Of a stretch of DNA of 61,044 bases, positions 51,287 through 59,566 are shown one piece after another. The notes under the pieces are model-generated. The model saw only the letters and a program-made list of their open reading frames with translations. It made no database searches and was not told the DNA's origin. The number at the start of each line of letters is the position of its first letter. Within the stretch, counting starts at the first letter, position 1. Source of the stretch: a virus (lineage: Duplodnaviria > Caudoviricetes); the IMG/VR virus record IMGVR_UViG_3300042569_003025, positions 1-61,044 of that record; one strand, given 5' to 3'. The position numbers and the translations under genes are program-made.

Positions 51287-51320
51287 CCGCAGATTTTCAA
51301 CTTTTTTTGGAGGCTTTTCT

Positions 51321-51425
51321 AATGTTAGACTAATCTTTTCTTAATGTTAGACTAATCTTTTCTTAATGTTAGGCTAATGAGTCTTATATGTTAGACTAAT
51401 CTTTTATTAATGTTAGACTAATGTC
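51321..51425. repeat. five tandem 22-bp iteron-like repeats
   Basis: Unit aatgttagactaatcttttctt, starting at 51321, 51343, 51365, 51387 and 51409. Confidence 0.9.
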
Positions 51426-52056
51426 TTCCCCATCTTTTTCTAGTCTATTTTTTCTACTAACTGTTAGAATCTTTTTCTAATCTGTTTTATACTTTTCCAA
51501 TCATTTCTTTTTCCAACGTCTCCCGATATCCTCCAACATCCCCGACATATACTTTTCAAATGGTTTTGATTAGGAGTAACCTAGTCTAAAGGGTTGGAAA
51601 AGTATAAGTTCTATTTAATTCTAATAGAAATATAATGAATAGAAAGAATCATTTTAACTAACTCACTCTCATTCTAATTCTATTTGAATTTATAATGTCG
51701 TGAAACCTTTTTCTATTTGTCGCATACTCTTTTTATATGTCGGGAAATATGGTTAGTGTCGGGAAAAGAAAAAAAAAGAATAGAATAAAAAAAGAATAAA
51801 AAAACAAAACTGATACTTTTCGAATCAATTTAGCTTGGTTGGACTAAGATAAAACTGATTGAAAAGTATCAGATAGTATAAAAATGTTAGTGTTAGTGTG
51901 TTATGATGTTAGTGTTAGAGGGATGAATAGAATTTTTAAATAATAATAAAAGGGCTGATTTTATAAAAATTCATTTTTTATAAATTTTTATAAATTTTTA
52001 TAAAAATTCATTTTTTATTCATTTTTTATTCACGAATTCATATCAATTCCATAAAC

Positions 52057-52503
52057 TTACTCTCCCCAGATAGGAGTCATCTCTTCACCAGAGAAAAAGA
52101 AATCGGTATATCCTTCAATTAGTTTCTTATAATTGTTTTTGGCTTTTTCCATTTGTTTTTGAGAGAAGTGAAATTTAAGTGAATGGCACTTTATTCTCTT
52201 ATTGAATTTGACCTTTTTAAAAGATGTGATATACACCTTCCCCTTCTCGAAAAAGAAATCAATTTCTATATCTATATCGTATTCACATTCTCCTTTACGA
52301 TATGCCGTAACCTGAATCCCCTCTCTATCTTGAGGAGTTGTCAAATGAATCTTGTTTAATTTCTCTATTACTGAGTCTAGAGAACATTCAATTCCAACCA
52401 CACTATCTAATCCATTATTTTTTAATAACTCTGAAATAGCTAATATACTAGAGGGTTTTCGCAAAGATGTGTAATACAATTTTTCTGGACATTCTATTTT
52501 CAT
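52057..52503 (-). CDS. hypothetical early protein
   Basis: 148-aa ORF in a tightly packed minus-strand operon. Confidence 0.6.
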   Translation of the reverse strand: MKIECPEKLYYTSLRKPSSILAISELLKNNGLDSVVGIECSLDSVIEKLNKIHLTTPQDREGIQVTAYRKGECEYDIDIEIDFFFEKGKVYITSFKKVKFNKRIKCHSLKFHFSQKQMEKAKNNYKKLIEGYTDFFFSGEEMTPIWGE

Positions 52504-52509
52504 AAACTT

Positions 52510-52713
52510 TTAAACAAAAGAAATTTCTTTTACAATGATTCTGTTGCGAAGAGAAAAGAACGGATTCATTTTTAAGAAACAGGAGTGTTTCTCTTTGAAT
52601 ATTCTCATTGCTTCCTTTTTAACTTTCTTTTTGTTATTTCCTATTACAAGGTTTTCCCTGTCAAGAGAAAAATCAAATCTCCAAGAAAAACTAGCAATAT
52701 AATACTTTTTCAT
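52510..52713 (-). CDS. hypothetical early protein
   Basis: 67-aa ORF with 6-nt gaps to its neighbours. Confidence 0.5.
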   Translation of the reverse strand: MKKYYIASFSWRFDFSLDRENLVIGNNKKKVKKEAMRIFKEKHSCFLKMNPFFSLRNRIIVKEISFV

Positions 52714-52719
52714 TTCTTT

Positions 52720-53133
52720 TCAGAGAAAGGTTAATACTCTTGTGACAGCAACAACTTTAAAAGTTTTATCATTTTTCCCTTTATAATTACGAAGAGATGT
52801 ATTCTTATCCAGAATCGTACAAATATCTTTTCTTTGAACTCCTTTTTCTTTTAAAAAATTAAAAGTTGGTTCATTCACGATATAAAGAAAGATTGGACTT
52901 TCTTCTGTTGGAAAGTCATTTATCGCATCGTTGAATTGTTTGCTTTGTCGAGGATCAACAGTTCTTTCGGTGAGTAAAAGAACTGATTTCTTCTGATTGA
53001 TTTCAAAAATTTCTTCCTGTTCTAAACTATATTTTTCAGGAAGTAGTTCATGAATAAATTCATTAGGATCTGCGAAGTCTGCAATGTAAACAGGAAGACT
53101 TGAGATATTTTTAATCTTTCTCATAATTCTCAT
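52720..53133 (-). CDS. hypothetical protein, divergent member of paralog family B
   Basis: 'KIKNISSLPVYI...FPTEESPIFLYIV...RKDICT'. Confidence 0.55.
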   Translation of the reverse strand: MRIMRKIKNISSLPVYIADFADPNEFIHELLPEKYSLEQEEIFEINQKKSVLLLTERTVDPRQSKQFNDAINDFPTEESPIFLYIVNEPTFNFLKEKGVQRKDICTILDKNTSLRNYKGKNDKTFKVVAVTRVLTFL

Positions 53134-53149
53134 AATTTTTCATTTCATT

Positions 53150-53433
53150 TTAGAAATCAATCACCTTGTCCAGCATGCAATCCAGTAATTTGTAACTACT
53201 TGAATAGAGTGACCTCACTTTTCCGTCACTCTCGAAAGTTGTTTTAACGCCTTTTAGAATCATATAATATCCCTTCAAGTTTTTCTTTTGAATTTGAATT
53301 CGAAGATCCAAAAAGCATAGTAGTTGCAGACTTCCCCGACAAGGCAGTGGTCGGAATTATACAGCAACCCAATGCCCTCACTGTCTGGGAGATTGTTGTG
53401 GACTGTTAAGAGAGGTTCTGCGGAGTGGTTCAT
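53150..53433 (-). pseudogene. frameshifted small gene (or a sequencing indel)
   Basis: MNHSAEP...NYYAF; one extra T in the T5 run near 53311 continues as LDLRIQIQKKNLKGYY...DKVIDF*, filling the gap to the next gene. Confidence 0.55.
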
Positions 53434-53440
53434 GGGAGGG

Positions 53441-53469
53441 AGAATAGGGCAGGAGAATGTTGGTGTCAA
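53441..53469 (-). promoter_or_regulatory. sigma70-like promoter, likely leaderless transcript
   Basis: TTGACA-17 nt-TATTCT-7 nt-ATG (53433). Confidence 0.7.
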
Positions 53470-53510
53470 GAGGAACAGGGGATTTTCTCCAAAAATCTTT
53501 TTTTCATAAT

Positions 53511-53825
53511 TTATGAAAGAATGATGCAAACGTCTATGCAAATATCATCACTATATATTCCTAAGTTTTCATCTGGAAATCCTTTTCCGTTTAGAAAAAC
53601 TCTTAATTTTTGGCGATTGAAATATAGCGGTGCAGTGAAACGCCAAGTTTTATTCAATGTTTCTATTGAGGAACTATTATCTTTTTCATAAAGCTCAATA
53701 ATTGTATTGAATCCTTCTTTAATGGTTTCGTACCATTCTTCTATTTTTCTATTTTGTTCCTCTTCTTTTTGCAATCGAAATTTGCAATCGTGGAATGCTT
53801 TTTGGAGAATTTGAAAATCATTCAT
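53511..53825 (-). CDS. hypothetical early protein
   Basis: 104-aa ORF. Confidence 0.55.
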   Translation of the reverse strand: MNDFQILQKAFHDCKFRLQKEEEQNRKIEEWYETIKEGFNTIIELYEKDNSSSIETLNKTWRFTAPLYFNRQKLRVFLNGKGFPDENLGIYSDDICIDVCIILS

Positions 53826-53896
53826 AAAATGAATTTTTGATTTTTTGTTTTAGAAATCTAATCCATCTACACAAATACAATTTCTATTTTTATCAG

Positions 53897-54358
53897 TTAT
53901 TGGAAGATTACTTTTGCAGTTGCATCTTTTGGGAAAATCTTTTTGATTGCATCATAATCATCATGGAACTTTTCGGTATAATTATCCTCAATATTACAGA
54001 GATTGCCATTTTCATCGGTTAGACGGGTAGCAGTGTCATTTGTGCTTTTTTGCCAAACACTATTGTCACTCAATTGAAAGAAACTTTCAACTGGCACCGC
54101 TCCAAAAGTTATTGTTTTACTTTTGAGTAAATTGGGAAGAGTGTCTTTTCTCTTAATTCGCAAAATTTCATCCTTTTCATTTCGAGAAAAAGGGATAATT
54201 TCGTGCGCTGGCGTTATTCTATTAGGATGGAGAAGTGTTTGATATTTATTATTAGAAAGCATTTGACAAATAAATCCGTCGAGGGTTTCGAAGAATTCAT
54301 TGACTTTAACATCCAGCAAGGAAAGAGGAAGATGCGATTCGACAAAGAGTAGTTTCAT
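53897..54358 (-). CDS. hypothetical early protein
   Basis: 153-aa ORF with a promoter directly upstream. Confidence 0.6.
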   Translation of the reverse strand: MKLLFVESHLPLSLLDVKVNEFFETLDGFICQMLSNNKYQTLLHPNRITPAHEIIPFSRNEKDEILRIKRKDTLPNLLKSKTITFGAVPVESFFQLSDNSVWQKSTNDTATRLTDENGNLCNIEDNYTEKFHDDYDAIKKIFPKDATAKVIFQ

Positions 54359-54365
54359 ATGCAGT

Positions 54366-54393
54366 ACCGTACAAGACTATTGGAGGTTGTCAA
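54366..54393 (-). promoter_or_regulatory. sigma70-like promoter, likely leaderless transcript
   Basis: TTGACA-16 nt-TACGGT-7 nt-ATG (54358). Confidence 0.55.
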
Positions 54394-54400
54394 ACACTTT

Positions 54401-54673
54401 TTACAAAAAGCGATGCAATTCTTGAAGTGCAGTATCTGAGAAATTGTGATCCCGGAGAAACTGAAGAATTGTTAGGAAAGTGTCATAACTGTTAGATAGT
54501 TCAACAAATTCTGTTTCTGTTATTCTCACCGGGATAATGGAATAATTTTTCGATAATCCGTCTTTTCGTCTTGACAAATATTCATTTGCTGCATCCTTTA
54601 ATGGAAAACTAGCAATTATCTTTGACTGATCGTCGTCAGAACAATATTCCACAACAGTATATTTGAAATACAT
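54401..54673 (-). CDS. hypothetical early protein
   Basis: 90-aa ORF. Confidence 0.55.
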   Translation of the reverse strand: MYFKYTVVEYCSDDDQSKIIASFPLKDAANEYLSRRKDGLSKNYSIIPVRITETEFVELSNSYDTFLTILQFLRDHNFSDTALQELHRFL

Positions 54674-54675
54674 TT

Positions 54676-54984
54676 TTATGGAATTATAAAGTCTGGATCG
54701 TATGTTCCACTATTAAAGACCCCCAAAAACAATTCTTGATTGTTACAGAATGTTACTTTTTCATTGAAAACTACTCTCATCAAATCATAATACACACCAT
54801 CATAGTCATCTCTTGAAATTAAATGAATTTCTTTGATACTGGTTGGATCTTTGAGAATTCGTTGAAATTGTCCTGAAGTGTTTCGTATAAATACCATTCC
54901 TGCTCTTGCCCAATGATAAGAGAATTGAATTGGTTTCGGTGTCGGAATATTTACTATTTCGCCGTTTTGCTTGTAGATTTTCAT
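54676..54984 (-). CDS. paralog family A ('YDL...LFLG.FN.G.YDP')
   Basis: MKIYKQN...KPI...IKEIH...YDLMRVVF...LFLGVFNSGTYDP. Confidence 0.65.
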   Translation of the reverse strand: MKIYKQNGEIVNIPTPKPIQFSYHWARAGMVFIRNTSGQFQRILKDPTSIKEIHLISRDDYDGVYYDLMRVVFNEKVTFCNNQELFLGVFNSGTYDPDFIIP

Positions 54985-54990
54985 TTCTTT

Positions 54991-55386
54991 TCAGTTTTGA
55001 ATTTTAACTAATTTGTGATAATGTCTTTCATCTCCGTCGTCATCAACCTCACAAGTCAGTTCTGCATAAACGAAATCTCGCGCCCCCCGGCATTCTTCCA
55101 GCCACAAACAAAATATTGGAACAATTATTAGAGTATCCTCTTTTTGTTCCGGCAATTCCTTCAAGAATTTATCAATTCTTTTTCTGTATTCACGGGGAAA
55201 TGTTTTTACATCCAGAGTTGGAATCTTTTTTAATTCCGAATGGTTGATTGCAGAGATTTTTATTTTTTCTGTTTTCTTTTCTTTTGAATCAAATTCTTCA
55301 AATTTTAATTGATTTTCTATTGGAATGTATCCAGTTTCTTCATCAAAGATTAGAACTGTTTCACCGGAGAGATTGATTATGTTCAT
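54991..55386 (-). CDS. paralog family B
   Basis: MNIINLSG...LPEQKEDTLIIVP...RDFVYA. Confidence 0.65.
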   Translation of the reverse strand: MNIINLSGETVLIFDEETGYIPIENQLKFEEFDSKEKKTEKIKISAINHSELKKIPTLDVKTFPREYRKRIDKFLKELPEQKEDTLIIVPIFCLWLEECRGARDFVYAELTCEVDDDGDERHYHKLVKIQN

Positions 55387-55391
55387 AATTT

Positions 55392-55420
55392 CCTATAAGC
55401 TAAGATATTGATTTTGTCAA
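55392..55420 (-). promoter_or_regulatory. sigma70-like promoter
   Basis: TTGACA-17 nt-TATAGG-5 nt-ATG; the -35 overlaps the upstream TGA stop. Confidence 0.5.
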
Positions 55421-55749
55421 AGTGTTTTTTCTGGCTTTACTAGGATACTATCCTCTTGACCAGTTAATTTAATTGCATAAAGCAAATCATTTCTATTTTT
55501 GAATTCATCAAAATAGATCACTTCAAGCGGAAGAATGATTTTCTTTCCGGGAATTTCTGGTGGAAGATGAATGGAGGGGATTCTAAATTTTGGCTGAAAC
55601 GAATGGATTGGAAATTCATCATGTTCTGTATGAACAGAAGTTTCTTCAACATAAACTGAATCAAAATTTGCATGTGACATGAAAATATGTGATTTACCTT
55701 TGGAGTCTTTAACCGTTAGGACTCTGCCTGAAAGATTGAGAATGTTCAT
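55417..55749 (-). CDS. paralog family B
   Basis: MNILNLSG...LPPEIPGKKIILP...RNDLLYA. Confidence 0.65.
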   Translation of the reverse strand: MNILNLSGRVLTVKDSKGKSHIFMSHANFDSVYVEETSVHTEHDEFPIHSFQPKFRIPSIHLPPEIPGKKIILPLEVIYFDEFKNRNDLLYAIKLTGQEDSILVKPEKTL

Positions 55750-55768
55750 TTATTAGAAAAGTTAGTTT

Positions 55769-56098
55769 TTATCGTGATTCCCTCATAGCATCATATGCAA
55801 GATCGGACAAATAGTCACATGTTTCACATTCGCCCTTGTTTCCATGAACGCATGCTGGATGGCATTCAACTGAGCAATACACATATGGGGAGTTGATTTC
55901 GGCCCCACAAGTCTCACAAATATTTACAATGTCCACATCATCGGTGAAATCAATTGGTTCGATTTCTGGTTCTGGTTCAATGCATTTTTGGCAAGTGGCA
56001 CAAGTAGCAACACCAGTGCTTTCATTTACGTCCATTTCCACGCCGCAGCATTCTGGGAGTTCGCAGTCATCAGGTGGATCGTTCCAATAATCAGTCAT
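55769..56098 (-). CDS. acidic Cys-rich (zinc-binding) protein
   Basis: CC, CATC, CETC, YCSVEC, CVH, CETC motifs within 109 aa. Confidence 0.65.
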   Translation of the reverse strand: MTDYWNDPPDDCELPECCGVEMDVNESTGVATCATCQKCIEPEPEIEPIDFTDDVDIVNICETCGAEINSPYVYCSVECHPACVHGNKGECETCDYLSDLAYDAMRESR

Positions 56099-56124
56099 AT
56101 TTAGAAGTGGTTGATGTCGTCCCT

Positions 56125-56175
56125 TTTATAAGCTATAAAACAAGAAACGTCAACAGTTTTGTTGACGTTTCTTGT
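56125..56175 (-). terminator. 16-bp perfect hairpin overlapping a promoter
   Basis: acaagaaacgtcaaca-gttt-tgttgacgtttcttgt. Minus strand: TTGACG-17 nt-TATAAA. Confidence 0.7.
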
Positions 56176-56203
56176 ATTTTCTTCACTCTTAACTGTTAGT
56201 GTT

Positions 56204-56515
56204 TTATTGAGGAAAGTTAGGGTTAGTTAGGACTTTATCTTCATCAGGAAATTCATTTTTAAATAATGAATCATCTAATTTTTCCATGAATTTTGCAAAT
56301 TGTTTCAATTTTTGCCTTGCAATTGGATGATCTCTATTTTCAAATAAGATATTTCCAAGCATTCCTAACTTGTCCATTGCTAACATAACTATCATTAAAC
56401 TTTGAGCATCAGGCAAATCGTTTCCTTGACCTCCTTGTAACGACGGGTTTATATTTATTTCTTGAATTAAACTATAGTTTTCATCTATCCATCCTTTGTG
56501 CGGGTTGTAAATCAT
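56204..56515 (-). CDS. hypothetical early protein
   Basis: 103-aa ORF. Confidence 0.55.
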   Translation of the reverse strand: MIYNPHKGWIDENYSLIQEININPSLQGGQGNDLPDAQSLMIVMLAMDKLGMLGNILFENRDHPIARQKLKQFAKFMEKLDDSLFKNEFPDEDKVLTNPNFPQ

Positions 56516-56528
56516 CTAATTATTTATC

Positions 56529-56924
56529 CTATAAACTGAGAAACTTTAATTCATACCAACATCTTTTTTCTTTATCATAAATCGAAACAGTGCAAACGTC
56601 TTTTCGTTTTCTTTCATTTTCATTTTGTTGTGCTTGCTGAAATCGTTCGGGAGAAATTAGAATGATTACGCCGGGTTCAGGCTCTGGCAATTCATCCCAA
56701 GAATTTATAGTTATTTTACGATTTACCGCTATTTGATAAATTGATCTCTCCCCCATTTTAATATCTACTGTTTCTGGAATATCATGAATTTGTGCGGGAA
56801 TATAAAGTTGTTTCGGTTTAGGTGGACTACCATATCCCGAATGTAAATTATAAGGTCTATATACATATGGAATGGTTTCTATAAGATACACTCCTTCACC
56901 CATGTAATTTTTAATGTTGTTCAT
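56529..56924 (-). CDS. paralog family B
   Basis: MNNIKNYMG...LPEPEPGVIILIS...RKDVCT. Confidence 0.6.
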   Translation of the reverse strand: MNNIKNYMGEGVYLIETIPYVYRPYNLHSGYGSPPKPKQLYIPAQIHDIPETVDIKMGERSIYQIAVNRKITINSWDELPEPEPGVIILISPERFQQAQQNENERKRKDVCTVSIYDKEKRCWYELKFLSL

Positions 56925-57094
56925 GTTTTTAATTGTTTAATAGTTGCGCTCTTTCTTCCGGGAACAAGCCGTCCTCATCCAAGTCCGTTGCACAGTGACC
57001 ACAAAACACGCTTCCACTTCCGCATCCGGCTTTGCTTCCTCTCAGGGAAGTGAGGAGAGGATCGGTTGGACTAGTCGGCAAGTGATGTGGGTAA

Positions 57095-57130
57095 AAGATA
57101 GCCCGCTCTTGACATTTGTCAAGAGCGGGC
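57095..57130 (-). terminator. 14-bp inverted repeat overlapping a promoter
   Basis: gcccgctcttgaca-tt-tgtcaagagcgggc followed by tatctttt. Minus strand: TTGACA-16 nt-TATCTT. Confidence 0.75.
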
Positions 57131-57147
57131 AGTCTCGTTTGGGTAAC

Positions 57148-58191
57148 TCAGGACTCTTCCACGACCTCCACTTCGTCCTCCACCTCAGTTTCTACAGGCA
57201 TCGGATTGACGGCTTCCCATGAGACAATCGGCTGCATTCCCCGTTTCCCGGTTTTGGCTTTCTTTGCAATCAGAATGTTTTCCTCAACCATTTCCCGGAG
57301 CAGACTCAAAACTCCACTAGTAGCAATTCCGGGAACATTAAACTGATTATTGTCAATTTCCTCCCTCGTCAGAATGTTTCCGTTGTCCAGAATCATTTGA
57401 AGAATAAGGTTTTTGCGATCATTCTTCTTTTCTGTGATTTTGCCACCGTCGAGTGCATTCCCGGAATCACCGTTGCTGCTTGCCAATTCCATGGGATAAT
57501 CCAAACTCCATTTACCGTTAAATGGAAATGCTCTTCCAATCAAACTTCCATCCCGATTTTTTTCAGGAATGAATTCAACTGCCGCAATATTGTCGTATGC
57601 TTCACAGTCCAACACCCGGCGAAGCGTATAAGCAATGTCCACAAGGTGAAGCAATTCGTTCCTTCCACCCCGTTCTCCCCTTCGATTGGCATGATTGATA
57701 AGAATCACAAACACCCCGTTCTCTTCCGCAAAGTTTTTAATTGCATCAGATTTTGCCTTGGTGTCGAGTGCCTTGCCGTTGGCATCCAACTCAAAGCTAA
57801 TCATGGGGAAACTGTCGAGAATCACCATATTCAGATTATTATCCAAGATATCCTTTTTAATCTGTTCCCATTCGCGGCACCGTGCTGCGAGGAAATTGTC
57901 ATCAAATTCGATTTCCATCGTTTTGCCCATGATGGCAGCAGCAGCAACACTTTGCTCTCCGGTAAAGTATCCAGCTTTGAAATCTGGATTGTTTTTAACC
58001 ATCTGGTTTCCGATGGTCAACGAAAGACGGCTTTTCCCGGTTCCCGGAGGAGCAGAGAGAAGCAAAACGCTTCCGGGGCGGGCACCGTAAACACCTGCCA
58101 TATTGCCAAGGAGTTCATCAAATGCCGGGAAACCGCAGGTGAATCCTTGGTTCCAGAACTTAGGCAATTTGACGCTAGAAAGACTAATCAT
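57148..58191 (-). CDS. RadA/Sms-like RecA-fold ATPase with putative C-terminal wHTH
   Basis: 'GFPAFDELLG...G.RPGSVLLLSAPPGTGKS', 'YFTGEQS', 'ILDS', 'LINH', 'LLHLVD', 'KNR'. Start 58191 chosen because a TTGCGG-16-TATAAA promoter overlaps the upstream ATG. Confidence 0.8.
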   Translation of the reverse strand: MISLSSVKLPKFWNQGFTCGFPAFDELLGNMAGVYGARPGSVLLLSAPPGTGKSRLSLTIGNQMVKNNPDFKAGYFTGEQSVAAAAIMGKTMEIEFDDNFLAARCREWEQIKKDILDNNLNMVILDSFPMISFELDANGKALDTKAKSDAIKNFAEENGVFVILINHANRRGERGGRNELLHLVDIAYTLRRVLDCEAYDNIAAVEFIPEKNRDGSLIGRAFPFNGKWSLDYPMELASSNGDSGNALDGGKITEKKNDRKNLILQMILDNGNILTREEIDNNQFNVPGIATSGVLSLLREMVEENILIAKKAKTGKRGMQPIVSWEAVNPMPVETEVEDEVEVVEES

Positions 58192-58350
58192 AATTTTGTT
58201 TCCTTTAGGGTTTTGTTTTATCGGAATGTTTGCCGATGTCCTTTTATAACTCATCCTCCGACATCCGCAACTCTTTTTTCGAGTTTTTGGCCTTTTTATT
58301 TTTGGCCTTTTTTAGATTTCTCGCTTGACAAGTTTTTGTTAGAAGAGATT

Positions 58351-58659
58351 CTAACTGTTAGACAACACTGCTAGTGGATCATAAATTCCGCTATTGAAGT
58401 GACCCAAGAACATTTCTTCTAAACCAAACGTTTTGCTATCATGAAAGATGATTTTAATCAAATCATAACGGATTCCGTCATACTCCATTGTAGAAACGTA
58501 ATGAATTTCCTTAATACGGTCTGGACTTTCTGTTAGCAGTTTGCGTCCTGAAACTATGTTATGCACAATTTGCATTCCATTTATTTTATTCCACCAATAA
58601 ACCAAACGAATTGATTTTGGTGCTTCTACGATTTCCTTATTTTGATTATAGATTTTCAT
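58351..58659 (-). CDS. paralog family A
   Basis: MKIYNQN...IKEIHY...YDLIKIIF...MFLGHFNSGIYDP. Confidence 0.65.
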   Translation of the reverse strand: MKIYNQNKEIVEAPKSIRLVYWWNKINGMQIVHNIVSGRKLLTESPDRIKEIHYVSTMEYDGIRYDLIKIIFHDSKTFGLEEMFLGHFNSGIYDPLAVLSNS

Positions 58660-58661
58660 TG

Positions 58662-58976
58662 TTATTTTTGATTAGATATAATTGCAAATCCGCTGGACAT
58701 AATGGTTTCTGGATCGTAGATTCCTTCATTGAAGTGACCCAAGAACAAATCGTTTCTAATTGAATTTTTCAATTCAGATTTCCAAACAACATTAATCAAA
58801 TCCATTTCAATGTTGTTGTGCATCACTTTTGTCAAATTTTGGATTTCCTCTATTTTATCAAATTGTGCTATTTGAGGCATTTGTGATAAAAAAACTGGAA
58901 GAATTCCTGAATCCCGACTCCAATGATAAAGAATTTTAATTGGAACTAAGTCGGCTTGCTGGTTGATTATTTTCAT
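58662..58976 (-). CDS. paralog family A
   Basis: MKIINQ...MDLINVVW...LFLGHFNEGIYDP. Confidence 0.65.
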   Translation of the reverse strand: MKIINQQADLVPIKILYHWSRDSGILPVFLSQMPQIAQFDKIEEIQNLTKVMHNNIEMDLINVVWKSELKNSIRNDLFLGHFNEGIYDPETIMSSGFAIISNQK

Positions 58977-58982
58977 AAAAAA

Positions 58983-59555
58983 TTATTGGATTACTCCATC
59001 ATTAAAATGTCCTAACACCAAGTCCTCTGTACCATTTTTATATACAATTTTCATCAAATCAAAATTCTTATTTTTATATTTGTATGGTCCTAGAAAATAC
59101 AATTTAGTGATATTAACATTGATTACATTGATTACATTGTGGAACATTTTAATAAATCGTCCACTATCCGCTCCATCACCCGATAAAATATACTCAAATT
59201 TAATGGGTTTTAGTTCTGGCGGATTCCATTCTTTTCCATTTTTGTATATTTTAATGGAAAAATCGTCAGTTCCAAGAACTCCATCATTAAAATATCCAAA
59301 ATAAAAAATTTCACTTGTATCAGGATAAACAAATTTCATTAAATCATAAACTTGATCTTCAAATGGAAACCTTCCCAAATAATGCAGTTCAATAAATAGT
59401 GCAGCACCATTTATTTTCATTGCAGTCATTCGGTCTGCCAGCGAACACTTGGTATATTTATCGGGATAAATCCCGTTTACTCCTGATACTGTTTGAACAA
59501 TTTCAATCGGTTTGCAGGGATTGAAAAATTGATTGTTTTTAACAAAAATTTCCAT
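58983..59555 (-). CDS. paralog family A, two-domain tandem fusion
   Basis: YDLMKFVY...FYFGYFNDGV, then KIYKNG...KPI...FDLMKIVY...LVLGHFNDGV. Confidence 0.65.
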   Translation of the reverse strand: MEIFVKNNQFFNPCKPIEIVQTVSGVNGIYPDKYTKCSLADRMTAMKINGAALFIELHYLGRFPFEDQVYDLMKFVYPDTSEIFYFGYFNDGVLGTDDFSIKIYKNGKEWNPPELKPIKFEYILSGDGADSGRFIKMFHNVINVINVNITKLYFLGPYKYKNKNFDLMKIVYKNGTEDLVLGHFNDGVIQ

Positions 59556-59566
59556 AAAAAAAATGT

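Noticed and set aside
51321-51425. CRISPR array
   Set aside because: The repeats are contiguous 22-mers with no unique spacers, and no cas genes are in the window.
56944-57222. tRNA, TPP riboswitch or plus-strand ORF in the GC-rich island
   Set aside because: No cloverleaf or TTC loop; CTGAGA is present but the rest of the TPP consensus is not evident; the ORF crosses the hairpin and has no start context.
57397-58374. 325-aa plus-strand ORF
   Set aside because: Antisense shadow of the well-supported RadA-like gene, with no motifs.
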